Numbered from the stretch's first letter, positions 50,067 to 62,018 are shown. The stretch: DNA of 64,000 nucleotides from Dehalococcoidia bacterium (GCA_963665775.2 CAXXTF010000001.1:384001-448000), one strand, 5' to 3'. Notes: generated by a model not told the origin, from the letters alone. A program made the numbers and translations.

Positions 50067-50999
50067 GTGAATGATGGGGTGAAGGGGGTCCGGGAGATGA
50101 CGGCTGCGCTGGCTGGCAACTGGGTCTGGATATGGAACTGGCGTCGCTGCGAGGGCGGCGACCCGGCGCGGGTGGCGGCTCGCCTGCAGGCCGCCGGCTG
50201 TAGCGGCGCCCTGGTCAAGGCCTACGATGGCGCCCGCTGGTTCGATCAGGGCGTTCCCTGGCGTGAGATCGCCCGCGCTCTCCGGACCCACGGTCTGGCT
50301 GTCGGCGGCTGGGGCTACCACTACGGCAAGGATATCGCGGGTGAGGCCCGGCGGGCCATAGAGACGATGGAATACGGCGAGGCCGACCTCCTGGTGCTGG
50401 ATGTGGAGTCCGAGTTCGAGGGACGCCCGGCGGCGGCGAGGGAACTCTCGGAGCGCCTCCGCGATGCCGTAGGCGCCGGTTACCCCCTTTACTTCAGCAG
50501 CTTCGCCATCCCCCGCTACCACCGCTCGTTCCCGTACGATGAGTTTCGTCGGCACGGCATCGGCACCGCGCCCCAGCTCTACTGGAACGCCTTCGGATGG
50601 CCGATGGAGCAGGCGCTGGCCCGGATGTACGAGGGGTACGCTGACCTGGGGTTCGGGCCAGAGGAGACGTTCCCGGTGGCCGGCCCGGCCTCAGGGGATG
50701 GGGAGGAGATCTCCAGCCGGGAGTTTCAGCAGGTGAACCGCTCCCTGGCGGTGTTGACGGGGCGGGTCGAGCGGCTGGAAGCGGAGGTCAGCGCTCTCGG
50801 AGGGTCGGCGGCCATCGCGCCCAGAATATACACCGTGAGGCCAGGCGACACCCTCGCCGCGATCGCCGATCACCTCGGTCTTGCCGGCTGGCAGGCGCTG
50901 TACGAGGCGAACCGCGACGTCATCGGCGGGGACCCTAACCGCATCCGGGCCGGGCAGTCGCTTGTCATCCCCTCGCTCCCTACGCCAAGCTCAGGGTGA
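50067..50999 (+). CDS. GH25-like TIM-barrel + coiled coil + LysM protein
   Basis: WVWIW, VKAYDG, GWGY, LDVE(S)E, PQLYW; YTVRPGDTL...LYEANR...NRIRAGQSLVIP. Confidence 0.75.
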   Translation: MNDGVKGVREMTAALAGNWVWIWNWRRCEGGDPARVAARLQAAGCSGALVKAYDGARWFDQGVPWREIARALRTHGLAVGGWGYHYGKDIAGEARRAIETMEYGEADLLVLDVESEFEGRPAAARELSERLRDAVGAGYPLYFSSFAIPRYHRSFPYDEFRRHGIGTAPQLYWNAFGWPMEQALARMYEGYADLGFGPEETFPVAGPASGDGEEISSREFQQVNRSLAVLTGRVERLEAEVSALGGSAAIAPRIYTVRPGDTLAAIADHLGLAGWQALYEANRDVIGGDPNRIRAGQSLVIPSLPTPSSG

Positions 51000-51249
51000 G
51001 CCGCGGAAGCAGCAGGTGTGCGTGAGTCCGGCCGTTCGCCATCCTGCACATCGGCTAGCGCTCCGCCACTGACGTCGTCTTCGTCCTGGTCATCGCCCTC
51101 GTTTACGGGTGGGTTGAGTGGAGGGCGGGGTCTATAATGGGCGTCAGTGTGTCCCAGCGGGTCAACGACATCATATCGTTCTTGGCGGCGCTCTTCGGTC
51201 CGACCCTCAGGGCGGCACCGGATCGGTTGAGGCTGCTGGAGGAGGCTAC

Positions 51250-52479
51250 GTGCCAAAGACGTACGACTGCGACGTGGCGGTGATTGGGGCCGGGCCGGCG
51301 GGTTCGCGAACGGCCCGCAACATCGCGGCCAGGGGGTATCGCGTCAAGCTTCTGGAGGGGCACCGCCGAATAGGCGTCCCGTCCCACTGCTCCGGCCTCA
51401 TCAGCCGTCGCACCCTCACGGAGGCGGAGATCGGCGAGGAAGCGGTTCTCCACCGGGTCACCGGTGCTTACATCCACACCGCCGGCGGCAGCGAGCTGGC
51501 CCTGGGTGGGGAAGAGGTTCGGGCCGTGGTCATCGACCGCGTGGGCTGGGACGAAACGCTCTGCCAGCAGGCCCAGACGGCGGGTGCGGAGCTGGTCCAG
51601 GCCCGGCTGCTGCAGGCACGACGCGAGAATGGCGGGCTGCGGCTAGACGTGCTGAGCGATGGGCGCGCCCGCTCCCTGACCGCCCACCTCCTGATCGGCG
51701 CCGATGGTGCTCATTCGCGGGTGGCCCGCAGCTTGGGCCTCCCTGGACCCCGCGAGAAGGTCTACTGCCTGGGGATCGAGGGCCGCCTGCGGCTGCCGCG
51801 GGAGGAGTTCGTCCACGTCTTCGTGGGTCGCACGCTGGCTCCCGGCTGGTTCGGATGGATCATACCCACGGGCGGCGACCGGGTCCGTGTGGGTGTCGGC
51901 GTCCAGAGCGGCGACAAGCCCATCAACTGCTATCGGCGTCTCTCTGATAGCTTTCCGCACCTCTTCCAGAACATCGAGCCGTGCCGCTTCTACGGCGGGA
52001 CGATCCCTCTGGACTTCGCGCCTCGCTCCTACGGAGAGAACGTTCTGCTGGTGGGCGACGCCGCGGGCCAGGTGAAGCCCTTCTCCGGCGGTGGGATATA
52101 CACCGGCCTGGTGGCCGCCCGCCACGCCGCCGCCACGGCTGTCTCCGCTCTGGAGGCCGACGACCTGAGCGCGCCGTCTCTGGCCCGCTACGAGACGGCC
52201 TGGAAGCGCGAGATCGGCCGCGAGCTGGCCCGCAGCCTCAGGATACGCCACTTCGGTCTCGCCCTGAGCGATTCTGACTTGGAGCGGGTGATGGGCACCC
52301 TTCATGATGAGGGGCTGCAGGCGCTGGCGGCCCGTCACGGCGATATCGACTACCCGTCGCGGGTAATCCTGCGTCTGGCCCGCTCCCTGCCCGCTCTGGG
52401 CTTGTTGGCCTGGATGTCCTTTCGGCGACCTCGGGCCACCTGGAACCTCCTCAGGGCGCATCTGACCCTGGGCGGTTGA
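51250..52479 (+). CDS. Geranylgeranyl reductase-family FAD oxidoreductase
   Basis: VIGAGPAGS, HCSG, IGADG, FGWIIP, VGDAAGQVKPFSGGGI; GTG after GGAGG. Confidence 0.88.
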   Translation: MPKTYDCDVAVIGAGPAGSRTARNIAARGYRVKLLEGHRRIGVPSHCSGLISRRTLTEAEIGEEAVLHRVTGAYIHTAGGSELALGGEEVRAVVIDRVGWDETLCQQAQTAGAELVQARLLQARRENGGLRLDVLSDGRARSLTAHLLIGADGAHSRVARSLGLPGPREKVYCLGIEGRLRLPREEFVHVFVGRTLAPGWFGWIIPTGGDRVRVGVGVQSGDKPINCYRRLSDSFPHLFQNIEPCRFYGGTIPLDFAPRSYGENVLLVGDAAGQVKPFSGGGIYTGLVAARHAAATAVSALEADDLSAPSLARYETAWKREIGRELARSLRIRHFGLALSDSDLERVMGTLHDEGLQALAARHGDIDYPSRVILRLARSLPALGLLAWMSFRRPRATWNLLRAHLTLGG

Positions 52480-52689
52480 GAAATTGATCGCCTGCCCGTA
52501 GGAGAGGCAGGCGGTCACGTTCACCCGGTTTCCCGGCATCTCCAGCTCCCTGACGGCTCCCGCTTTGCAGCGGTGATTTGCTAGGGTAATTCCGGCTTAT
52601 CGCTTTATCGATAGAGGATCATAAGAATCCCAAATCCAGGAGCGGCGTCCTGCGGCTACAGATCCCCCATGCTATAATCCCGCCAGACC

Positions 52690-53178
52690 ATGGCCGCTAC
52701 CGGAGAAGCCGCCCAGGCCAGCGTTCAGCCGGCTGCCCCTCTTCCCTACGCCAGCCTGCCACTGCGCGTCGTCGCCGCCGTCCTGGACAGCATAGCTCTG
52801 ATCTTCTTTTTCATGCTGTTCGTGGCTGTAGGCGGCCTTCAGGTCTGGCTCCGCAGCGATCACTTCGATCGTGATCCGCCCGTATCCGCGATCGAGGTAT
52901 GGGTGATCTTCATGCTGGCCTTCATACCGTTCGCCGTTCTCTACTTCATCCTGCCGTGGCTCTGGAAGGGACAGAGCGTAGGGATGGCGGCAGTGCACAT
53001 TAAGGTGGCGCGCCGTGATGGTGGGCCTCTCTCCCTTGGCCGCGCGGCGGCGCGCACCCTGGCCTGGCCCCTGAGCATCCTCCCCCTGGGTCTGGGCCTG
53101 GTCACGATCGTCCTGGACCGGGAGAAGCGGGCCCTCCATGACTACCTGGCCGATACTACCGTGTTCGAACTGCCGTGA
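52690..53178 (+). CDS. RDD family membrane protein
   Basis: RVVAAVLD, GQSVG, RALHDYLADT. Confidence 0.85.
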   Translation: MAATGEAAQASVQPAAPLPYASLPLRVVAAVLDSIALIFFFMLFVAVGGLQVWLRSDHFDRDPPVSAIEVWVIFMLAFIPFAVLYFILPWLWKGQSVGMAAVHIKVARRDGGPLSLGRAAARTLAWPLSILPLGLGLVTIVLDREKRALHDYLADTTVFELP

Positions 53179-53999
53179 ACGAAGCCTCATCTGACTTCCG
53201 AGTCCCCCCTCGCTGGCTGTTGGGAGCGATCCTGGCCGTGCTCCTCGCCGGCACTTTCGCGGCTGTCGTGGCCGCTCAGATGACGTCTGAGGATCCGGGC
53301 AAGCGCATGCTGAGCCGGGCGGTGGCTGTCATTACCGAGATCGACGCCACCCTCCCCGATATCCAGGCTGACTTACGGGAGGAGGCCGAGGGTAGCTCAG
53401 CCGATCAGGTTCAGGTGCCCAACTTTCCGATCCCGATAGAGCTCCCCCGTGACGAAGCCCTGCAGATAGAGGGAGTCGAGCTGCGGGCCCGACTTCTGGA
53501 CGAGGCGGCCGTCCGCCTCTACGAGGACGGCATGTCGTCCTGGGCAGACGCCGATCCTGAGGCGGATCAGGCCATCTCGCGCATCTCCTCCATGGGCGTT
53601 CTGCGCTGGGGGTTGGGCCTCATCACGGAGAGGAACCATACGCTGTTCGTCACAGCAGCGATCCTGCTGGGAGTCCTGGCGGCCGTCCCGGCCCTCTTGC
53701 TCCTGGTCGCCGTTCAAGGCTACGTTCGTCTCATCGCCATGGGAATCGTTACTCTGGCGGCGGCTCTCCCGTCTCTGGCCGTCGCCCTCGTGCTCCGTAA
53801 CGCGATCGGAACGGCGGATGATGAGGCTGACCCCTTTGTGAGCGGACTCGTCGACCTGGGCGTCGACGCTATGTGGGTGGCCGTCCGGGACTACCTCGTT
53901 CTGAGCGCCCTCGGCCTCGCTATTATCGCCTTGGGTGGGTTCGCTCTCTGGTGGCAGGCGCGGCGGGGCTGGCTAGTGGCCGGGATCCAGAAGCTGTAG
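53175..53999 (+). CDS. Hypothetical membrane protein
   Basis: N-terminal TM plus three C-terminal TM; GTGA overlap with the RDD gene. Confidence 0.7.
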   Translation: MNEASSDFRVPPRWLLGAILAVLLAGTFAAVVAAQMTSEDPGKRMLSRAVAVITEIDATLPDIQADLREEAEGSSADQVQVPNFPIPIELPRDEALQIEGVELRARLLDEAAVRLYEDGMSSWADADPEADQAISRISSMGVLRWGLGLITERNHTLFVTAAILLGVLAAVPALLLLVAVQGYVRLIAMGIVTLAAALPSLAVALVLRNAIGTADDEADPFVSGLVDLGVDAMWVAVRDYLVLSALGLAIIALGGFALWWQARRGWLVAGIQKL

Positions 54000-54052
54000 A
54001 GTGTGCGGGCCGGGCCCCGTGGCCGGATCGCCGGCCTGCCCGCCGATCTAGC

Positions 54053-55582
54053 TTAGCTGGCGATATCCGTCTCCGCTACGTGGGGCGCGAACATGTGAGA
54101 TACCGTGTCGAAGCTCTCCGGGTTCAGCACTGGCTCCCGACTATCAAAGGCCGCACTCTCGACGATCATGTCGATCAGGTCGCGGGCCTGAGAGGCGTGG
54201 GGTTCCGGCTCTCCCCGACGATATAGGCGCTCCAGCACGTAGTTCAGACCGCCGTCCGCTACCAGGACTTGCCTTTCGCGGCACATCCGTCGCAGGATTT
54301 CGCCGAAATCCTGGGGCACGGGATTGGGTATCTCCACCTTATAGAGGATGCGGCGCAGCAAGGCGTCGTCGACCAGCTTCCGGATATCCAGGTTAGTTGC
54401 CAGCAGGAACTGAGCCCTGAAGGGCAGGGTCACCTTCTCCCCGGTAACGAGGCTCAAGCTGTCCCAGCCGCGCTCCAGGGAGATCAGCCAGCGAGTCAAC
54501 AGATCCCTAGCATCTATCCTCTGTCGCCCGAAGTCATCCACGAAGAAGACCCCCCCTTGGGCCTTAATGTGCGGCGGGGCCTGATAGAAACGGGACTGCG
54601 GGTCATGGGATATATCCAGGGACTCGAGCCCCAGTTCAGCGCCCAGAATTATGGCCGGCCGCCTTACCAGGACCCAGCGGCGGTCCAGCGCATTATCGTC
54701 CTCGTTCTCGCTGCCAGAGTCTGTGGCCTCCAGCCGCTTGTGGATGGACGGGTCGAAGACCCGGATGACCTGACCGTGGGCGTAGATGGCGTGGGGAACC
54801 AGGGTCACGCCCTCCAGCTCCTCGGCGAACCGCTCCAGGATGGTGGTTTTTCCGTTCCCAGACGGCCCGTACAGGAGAGTGGTTTTGCCCGAGTACAAGG
54901 CCCGCGCCAATGTATTCGCAACCTCTCCGGACAGGACGAGTCTGTTCAGGACCTCTTTGATGTAGCCTTTGGCGGGCGCCTGCCACATGCCTTGCCGCTG
55001 GATAACCTCGCTGTACCGTTCGGACGTGACCGGAGCGGGCCCCGCGTATCGGGTCCGCTCCAGCGCTTCGCTCGTTCGCTGGCCGCCCCTATCGGACAGG
55101 CGGTAACGGTAGTTTCCCGTGTATAGATCGGATTGACCTATGACCTCCACGAATCGGTCATCGGTGAGCGCCGAGAGTATCTGTTCAACGATAGAGCGGC
55201 GGAGACCCAGGCGATCCGCCAGCTGGCTTGCGGAGGGTGTACCGGAGTAGTGGATAATCTTGAGAGCCAGGTCAGTGAGGAACGCCTTGGACAGGCCCAG
55301 CTCCGCCACCGTCTGTGGCGGACGGGGCAGACCAGAATCGTCGGGCAGGTCCGCCGGCTCCGCGACGGCGGCTGCGGGGCCCTTCAGGAGATCTTGCGGC
55401 ACGGCCCTTCTATTGGCCGCCGTATCTTCTCCCGCTCCCGTGTCGTCGAATGGTGATGGCCGTTCCACGTCGTCGGAAGAGCCCTGGACGAATGCGGAAG
55501 GGGGGAGCTCAACACGTCTGTGCTCCTCGCTCACGGAAGTGTCCAGCCCGTCCGCCTGGTCCAAGTTTCGCTCTCTATCCAT
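54053..55582 (-). CDS. AAA+ ATPase with N-terminal winged-helix-like region, function unknown
   Basis: YGPSGNGKT, FFVDDFGRQ, LATNL, DALLRRILYK; SD AGGAG. Confidence 0.85.
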   Translation of the reverse strand: MDRERNLDQADGLDTSVSEEHRRVELPPSAFVQGSSDDVERPSPFDDTGAGEDTAANRRAVPQDLLKGPAAAVAEPADLPDDSGLPRPPQTVAELGLSKAFLTDLALKIIHYSGTPSASQLADRLGLRRSIVEQILSALTDDRFVEVIGQSDLYTGNYRYRLSDRGGQRTSEALERTRYAGPAPVTSERYSEVIQRQGMWQAPAKGYIKEVLNRLVLSGEVANTLARALYSGKTTLLYGPSGNGKTTILERFAEELEGVTLVPHAIYAHGQVIRVFDPSIHKRLEATDSGSENEDDNALDRRWVLVRRPAIILGAELGLESLDISHDPQSRFYQAPPHIKAQGGVFFVDDFGRQRIDARDLLTRWLISLERGWDSLSLVTGEKVTLPFRAQFLLATNLDIRKLVDDALLRRILYKVEIPNPVPQDFGEILRRMCRERQVLVADGGLNYVLERLYRRGEPEPHASQARDLIDMIVESAAFDSREPVLNPESFDTVSHMFAPHVAETDIAS

Positions 55583-55799
55583 AGAGATCGATCTCCTATT
55601 CGGGCTGTGGGAATGTCTGGTGGTCTTCGCAGGGTAAGACGCACCGCCGGCGGGAACTGTTACCCGTTTGGCCGGGTGGCGCTCCTACGCCGGTGACCCT
55701 CGAGCACGGCGGCGCGACGAGCTAAATTGCTCCGGACATGCCGGCGTACTTCGCCGGGACCGAGCGGCGAATCGGGCCACCAACTGGTGGCGTAGGCGT

Positions 55800-55850
55800 T
55801 TGTGTCGGCTTGCACAAGCTATTGACGCGAGGGGGTTTGGATGCTATAAG
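55800..55850 (+). promoter_or_regulatory. Rex operator and rex promoter
   Basis: TTGTG-N8-CACAA (55800-55817) next to TTGACG-17-TATAAG. Confidence 0.7.
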
Positions 55851-55921
55851 GAGCTAAGCCCCAGATTTGATTGATTTATTGATGGACTACATAGGAAACT
55901 CCTATAGGAGCGCTTTGGCAC

Positions 55922-56578
55922 ATGGAGATACCCTCTATAGTCATAGACCGATTGCCCCTTTATGCCCGGGCCCTGGCAACCCTAGAGGCGCGAGGCCGAG
56001 ACGTGGTCAGCTCGCAAGAACTGGGAACGCAACTGAATGTGACGCCAGCCCAGATCCGGAAGGATCTCAGCTACTTCGGTCGATTCGGTAAGCAGGGCCG
56101 CGGCTATAACGTCCGCACGCTGCTTACCGAGTTACACCACATCCTCGGCTTGGACCGGCAGTGGCGAATGGCCCTCGTTGGTGTCGGCAGGCTTGGTCGG
56201 GCCATCCTGGGGTACGGTGGCTTCGGGCCCCAGGGCTTCCGTATCGTTGAGGCTTTCGATTCCGATCCCCGGATCGCAGGCATCGAGATCGAAGGTGTGC
56301 TCGTCAAGCCCAGCGCGGAGCTCGAGGATGTGCTGGGGGCCAGCCCCGTAGACGTGGGCATCGTGGCCGTGCCTGCGGAGATCGCTCAAGATGTCGTCGA
56401 CGCCCTGGTCCGCTGCGAGGTTGGTGCCATCCTCAACTACGCGCCTATCGCCGCGCGTGTGCCTTCGGGCGTCTACGTCAGGCGTATCGATCCTGTGCTC
56501 TCTCTGCAGAGCATGACGTACTACCTGCAAGCCAAAGGGGCAGGTGTCCTCAGGAAAGCCAGTACCGACAGCCGGTAA
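55922..56578 (+). CDS. rex: Redox-sensing transcriptional repressor Rex
   Basis: RLPLY, SSQELG, QIRKDLSYFGRFGKQGRGY, GVGRLG, ILNYAP. Confidence 0.95.
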   Translation: MEIPSIVIDRLPLYARALATLEARGRDVVSSQELGTQLNVTPAQIRKDLSYFGRFGKQGRGYNVRTLLTELHHILGLDRQWRMALVGVGRLGRAILGYGGFGPQGFRIVEAFDSDPRIAGIEIEGVLVKPSAELEDVLGASPVDVGIVAVPAEIAQDVVDALVRCEVGAILNYAPIAARVPSGVYVRRIDPVLSLQSMTYYLQAKGAGVLRKASTDSR

Positions 56579-56616
56579 CGGGGAGCGAGCCAGCAGCAGC
56601 GGGTATGAACCCTCGG

Positions 56617-57645
56617 CTAGTAGTTTACGAGCCACTCACCTTCAGATGGCTGCGCCCGCTGGATCAGGTCCAAGTGATCGAGGGCGATCCCCGCACCTAT
56701 AGCGACGCACTCCATGGGGGTATCAGCGATGTAGCAGGGGATGCCTGCCTCCTGGGTGATGAGCCGATCCACGTTGCGCAGTAGAGCGCTACCGCCGGTC
56801 AGGACGATCCCCCTGTCCACGACATCGGAGGCCAGCTCCGGCGGGGTCCTCTGCAGCACTGAATGGATAGCGCCTACGATCGACTGCAGGGGGTCCTTGA
56901 TCGCCTGCCAGACGTTTGTCGAGGTCACCGAGATCGTGCGGGGCAGCCCACTGACCTGGTCACGGCCACGCACTTCGTAGGTCATCTCCTCCTCTAGAGG
57001 AAGAGCGCTGCCGATAGCGATCTTCAGCTCCTCCGCCGTCCTCTCGCCGACGATCAGGTTGTGATGACGCTTCAAGTAGGCGGAAATAGAGTCGTCCAAA
57101 CGGTCTCCCGCCACGCGCACCGATTCGCTGACGACGATCCCGTACATAGAGATAACGGCGGCTTCCGTGCGGCCGCCGCCAATATCCACAATCATGTGTC
57201 CCTGCGGGGAGTCGATGGGGATGCGGGCACCGATGGCCGCTGCTAGGGGCTCTGGGATCACGTGCGCCGGGCGTCGCGCCCCCGCTGCCTCACAGGCGTC
57301 CTGCACCGCCCGCTGCTCCACGCCCGTCACCCCTGCCGGTGCGGAGATCATCACTTCCGGTCTTACCACTGAGACCCTGCCAGTCGTGCGGCTGATAAAG
57401 TAGCGGAGCATGGCCTCCGTGGTGAGGTAATCAGCGATGACCCCATCCCGCATGGGCCGGATCACCTGAATGGCGCTGGGGGTGCGGCCCAGCATCTCCC
57501 GCGCCTCCTTACCCACCGCCACGATGCTGTTGTCCCGCTGAGCCACCGCCACCACAGAGGGCTCGGCTATCACGATCCCCTTGCCATGAACGTAGATCTG
57601 CACGTTGGCCGTGCCCAGATCCACGCCAATCCGCTTGCCGAACAT
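56617..57645 (-). CDS. mreB: Rod shape-determining protein MreB/Mbl
   Basis: GVDLGTAN, EPSVVA, PMRDGVIAD, VDIGGG, VLTGGSALL. Confidence 0.95.
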   Translation of the reverse strand: MFGKRIGVDLGTANVQIYVHGKGIVIAEPSVVAVAQRDNSIVAVGKEAREMLGRTPSAIQVIRPMRDGVIADYLTTEAMLRYFISRTTGRVSVVRPEVMISAPAGVTGVEQRAVQDACEAAGARRPAHVIPEPLAAAIGARIPIDSPQGHMIVDIGGGRTEAAVISMYGIVVSESVRVAGDRLDDSISAYLKRHHNLIVGERTAEELKIAIGSALPLEEEMTYEVRGRDQVSGLPRTISVTSTNVWQAIKDPLQSIVGAIHSVLQRTPPELASDVVDRGIVLTGGSALLRNVDRLITQEAGIPCYIADTPMECVAIGAGIALDHLDLIQRAQPSEGEWLVNY

Positions 57646-58917
57646 TCAGACCCTTTCAATGACCGCGCCCAGTCCGCGCAGCTTCTCGTCGATCCCCTCG
57701 TACCCGCGGTCCACATGATATGTGTCCGTGATCTCCGTGCGGCCGCGGGCAGCCAGGCCCGCCAGTATGAGTGCCGCCCCGGCTCGCACGTCCAGGGCCC
57801 TTACGTTGGCTCCCATTAGTGGCGTAGGCCCACTGATGATAGCAGTGGTGGTTCCCGTAGTCACTACCTCCGCCCCCATCTTCCGCAGCTCGCTGACGTA
57901 AAGCAGTCGATTGTCGAAGACCCGCTCGTGCACGTAGCTTACACCCTTCGCCTGCGTCAGCAGTACGGACATGGGTGCCTGTAGGTCCGTGGCCAGGGCG
58001 GGGTAAGGCAGAGCCTGAATCGTGAGCGCCTTCAATTCGCCGTCAACCTGTACGCACAGCCGGTCGCCTTCCGCGTCTACGCTCACGCCCGCCTGGCGCA
58101 GCTTCGATATTAGCGAGAAGAGGTGATCCAGGCATACGCCGTGCACTTTCCCCTTCCCCCGCGTGATGGCGATGGCGATAGCGTAGGTGCCCGCTTCCAG
58201 CCGGTCTGGAATGATCCTGTACCGGGTGCCCTCCAGCTCCTCCACGCCTTCGATCTCCACGGTGTGGGTGCCGGCCCCGGAGATACGCGCACCCATATCC
58301 CTGAGCATGGCGGCCAGGCTCTGCACCTCTGGCTCCGAGGCTGCGTTGACGATTGTCGTGTGCCCCTTGGCGGTGGCGGCCGCCAGCATCAGGTTCTGTG
58401 TTCCCAGCACGCTTGGGTAGTCGGCGAAGATGCTGGCCCCGGTAAGACCTTGAGTCTGCGCGACGAACTTGTCTCCCTCGCGGCTGACATCGGCCCCCAG
58501 GGCGGCGAACCCCGACAGGTGTACGTCGATGGGCCGCTGGCCGATGACGTCGCCGCCGGGCGGCGCGCAGGCGGAGCGGCCCAGGCGGCCCAGGAGGGCG
58601 CCCATCACTAGGAAACTCCCTCTTAGACTGCCCACCAGCTGTGTGGCCGGCGAGGAGCTATGCAGGTTAGCGGCGTTGATGCGGAGGGTGTGCGGCGCCG
58701 GCCGCTCCACGACAGCGCCCAGGCTGCGCAGGACCGCCGCCATCTGAGTGACATCGCCGATGTCCGGCACGTTCTCCAGTACACAGTCTTCGGCGACCAA
58801 CAGGGCGGCCGCCATAGCGCCCATCGTGGCGTTCTTGGAGCCGCTCACACTGACGCTGCCTCGCAGCGGGTGTCCGCCCTCGATGACGAGGGTTTGGCCA
58901 GCGCTCTGCACGGCCAT
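57646..58917 (-). CDS. murA: UDP-N-acetylglucosamine 1-carboxyvinyltransferase
   Basis: SGSKNA, PGGDVIGQRPID, PDRLEAGT, PYPALATDLQ, DVRAGAAL. Confidence 0.95.
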   Translation of the reverse strand: MAVQSAGQTLVIEGGHPLRGSVSVSGSKNATMGAMAAALLVAEDCVLENVPDIGDVTQMAAVLRSLGAVVERPAPHTLRINAANLHSSSPATQLVGSLRGSFLVMGALLGRLGRSACAPPGGDVIGQRPIDVHLSGFAALGADVSREGDKFVAQTQGLTGASIFADYPSVLGTQNLMLAAATAKGHTTIVNAASEPEVQSLAAMLRDMGARISGAGTHTVEIEGVEELEGTRYRIIPDRLEAGTYAIAIAITRGKGKVHGVCLDHLFSLISKLRQAGVSVDAEGDRLCVQVDGELKALTIQALPYPALATDLQAPMSVLLTQAKGVSYVHERVFDNRLLYVSELRKMGAEVVTTGTTTAIISGPTPLMGANVRALDVRAGAALILAGLAARGRTEITDTYHVDRGYEGIDEKLRGLGAVIERV

Positions 58918-58938
58918 GGCTCGTGCTCTCCGTCCGTG

Positions 58939-59382
58939 CTAGGGGCCCGGCGGGCCCGGCCGCACGCCTCCTCCGCGCCGTCGCCGTCGCTCTACCGCTT
59001 TCAGTCGCGCCAGGGAATGGGCCAGCGCCGCCTGGGCCTGCGACAGGTCGATCTCCGCCGTCCGTTCTTCCAGGCGCCGTTGGGCGCGGCGACGCGCCTC
59101 CTCCGCCCGTAGTTCGTCGATCTCCTCGGCCCGCTCCGCGGCGTCCGCCAGGACGGTGACCCGGTTCTCTCGCACCTCGATGAAACCGCCCGTGATCGCC
59201 ATCTCTACCTCATCGTTCCCCTTGACGATGCGCATCACGCCCGGCTGCATCATGGTCAGTAGCGGCGTGTGCCGGGGCAGCACTCCCAGCTCTCCCACCA
59301 CCCCGGGCACGATGACCCGGTCCACATCCTCTTCGGAGTAGACCAGCCGCTCCGCCGTGACGATATCCACTTTCAGGGGCAT
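58939..59382 (-). CDS. atpC: ATP synthase F1 epsilon subunit
   Basis: IVTAER, GELGVLPRH, GGFIEV, LADAAE. Confidence 0.95.
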   Translation of the reverse strand: MPLKVDIVTAERLVYSEEDVDRVIVPGVVGELGVLPRHTPLLTMMQPGVMRIVKGNDEVEMAITGGFIEVRENRVTVLADAAERAEEIDELRAEEARRRAQRRLEERTAEIDLSQAQAALAHSLARLKAVERRRRRGGGVRPGPPGP

Positions 59383-59481
59383 CTTATCGCACCACCCTCT
59401 CAGGGAACGGAGCGGTTATCCCTTCTCCCCGGCTGCCGATCCCCTCAGCGTTAGCGGCGCCGGAATCGGTCCGTGCGGTCA

Positions 59482-60985
<1,504 letters not shown>

Positions 60986-61018
60986 CCGTTCAACCAGTTC
61001 CAGACTCCTCCGTTACTG

Positions 61019-61894
61019 TTAGCCCTTGAGCGCTTCCACGCCGCCGGTGATATCCAGCAGCTCGCCGGTGATGCTTTCCTGGCGCGCCTTATTGTAGATC
61101 AACGTCAGGTCGCGCGTCAGTTCTTTGGCGTTATCGGTGGCATTTCGCATCGCCACCATGCGCGCCGACTGCTCGCTGGCGATCGCTTCCAGGACGGCCT
61201 CGTAGAGCTGACGCTCTACGTACCGCGGCAGCAGCTCCGCCAGGACCTCCTCCCGGTTCGGTTCGTAGATGTACTCCACGCCCCGGGTTGCGGCCTCGGT
61301 CGGCGGCTCCACGGGCAGCAGCTTGAAGACCTCCGGCCGCTGCACCACCGTGTTCACGAACTGCGAGTAGATAAGGTACACCTCGTCCACAAGGCCCTCG
61401 ACGAAGTCCTGTATCATCACCTGCGCCACGGGCCGCACGTCCTCGTAGCCGGGGTTGTCCCCGATGCCGGTGAACTCAGCGACCACGTTCTGCCCTGTCC
61501 GCCGCATGAAATCGCGGCCCTTGCGTCCCACGGCGACGACCCGCACGGGGACGGTCTGGTCCAGGATGAACTGGGCCGCCCGGCGATTCAGGATCGACGG
61601 CAGCCCGCCGGCCAGGCCGCGGTCCGGTGTTACCAGGATGATTCCGATGGCCCGTACCTCCTCCTGCCTGCGCAACAGAGGCTGTAGCGTGTCCGGATCG
61701 GCCAGAGGCAGGGTTTCGGCGAGGTCCGCCAGCACCCAGCGCATCTTCTCCGCGTACGGCCGAGCGGCGAGAGCGCTCATCTGGGCGCGCCGCATCTTGG
61801 AGGCCGCCACCAGCTCCATGGCGCGGGTGATCTTCGCCGTACTCTCGATGCTGCGGATACGGCGCTTGATCTGGCTCAGCGTGCCCATTCCCAT
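61019..61894 (-). CDS. atpG: ATP synthase F1 gamma subunit
   Basis: KITRAMELVAASK, DRGLAG, SEQSARMVAMRNATDNA, NKARQESIT. Confidence 0.97.
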   Translation of the reverse strand: MGMGTLSQIKRRIRSIESTAKITRAMELVAASKMRRAQMSALAARPYAEKMRWVLADLAETLPLADPDTLQPLLRRQEEVRAIGIILVTPDRGLAGGLPSILNRRAAQFILDQTVPVRVVAVGRKGRDFMRRTGQNVVAEFTGIGDNPGYEDVRPVAQVMIQDFVEGLVDEVYLIYSQFVNTVVQRPEVFKLLPVEPPTEAATRGVEYIYEPNREEVLAELLPRYVERQLYEAVLEAIASEQSARMVAMRNATDNAKELTRDLTLIYNKARQESITGELLDITGGVEALKG

Positions 61895-62018
61895 TAGGCG
61901 TCACCCCAGCTATGGCCTGCCGCCGGGGCGATGACGCTGTTCCTCACCCCAAACAGCCCAGACATCGAGGTAACCCTGTGGTCCAATCGCCGACCTCGAA
62001 TTTCCAATGCTCGGTCTC

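Noticed and set aside
51137-51283. 48-aa ORF (MGVSVSQRVND...) upstream of the geranylgeranyl reductase
   Set aside because: Its ATG overlaps the TATAAT -10 box, it has no SD, and it overlaps the downstream CDS.
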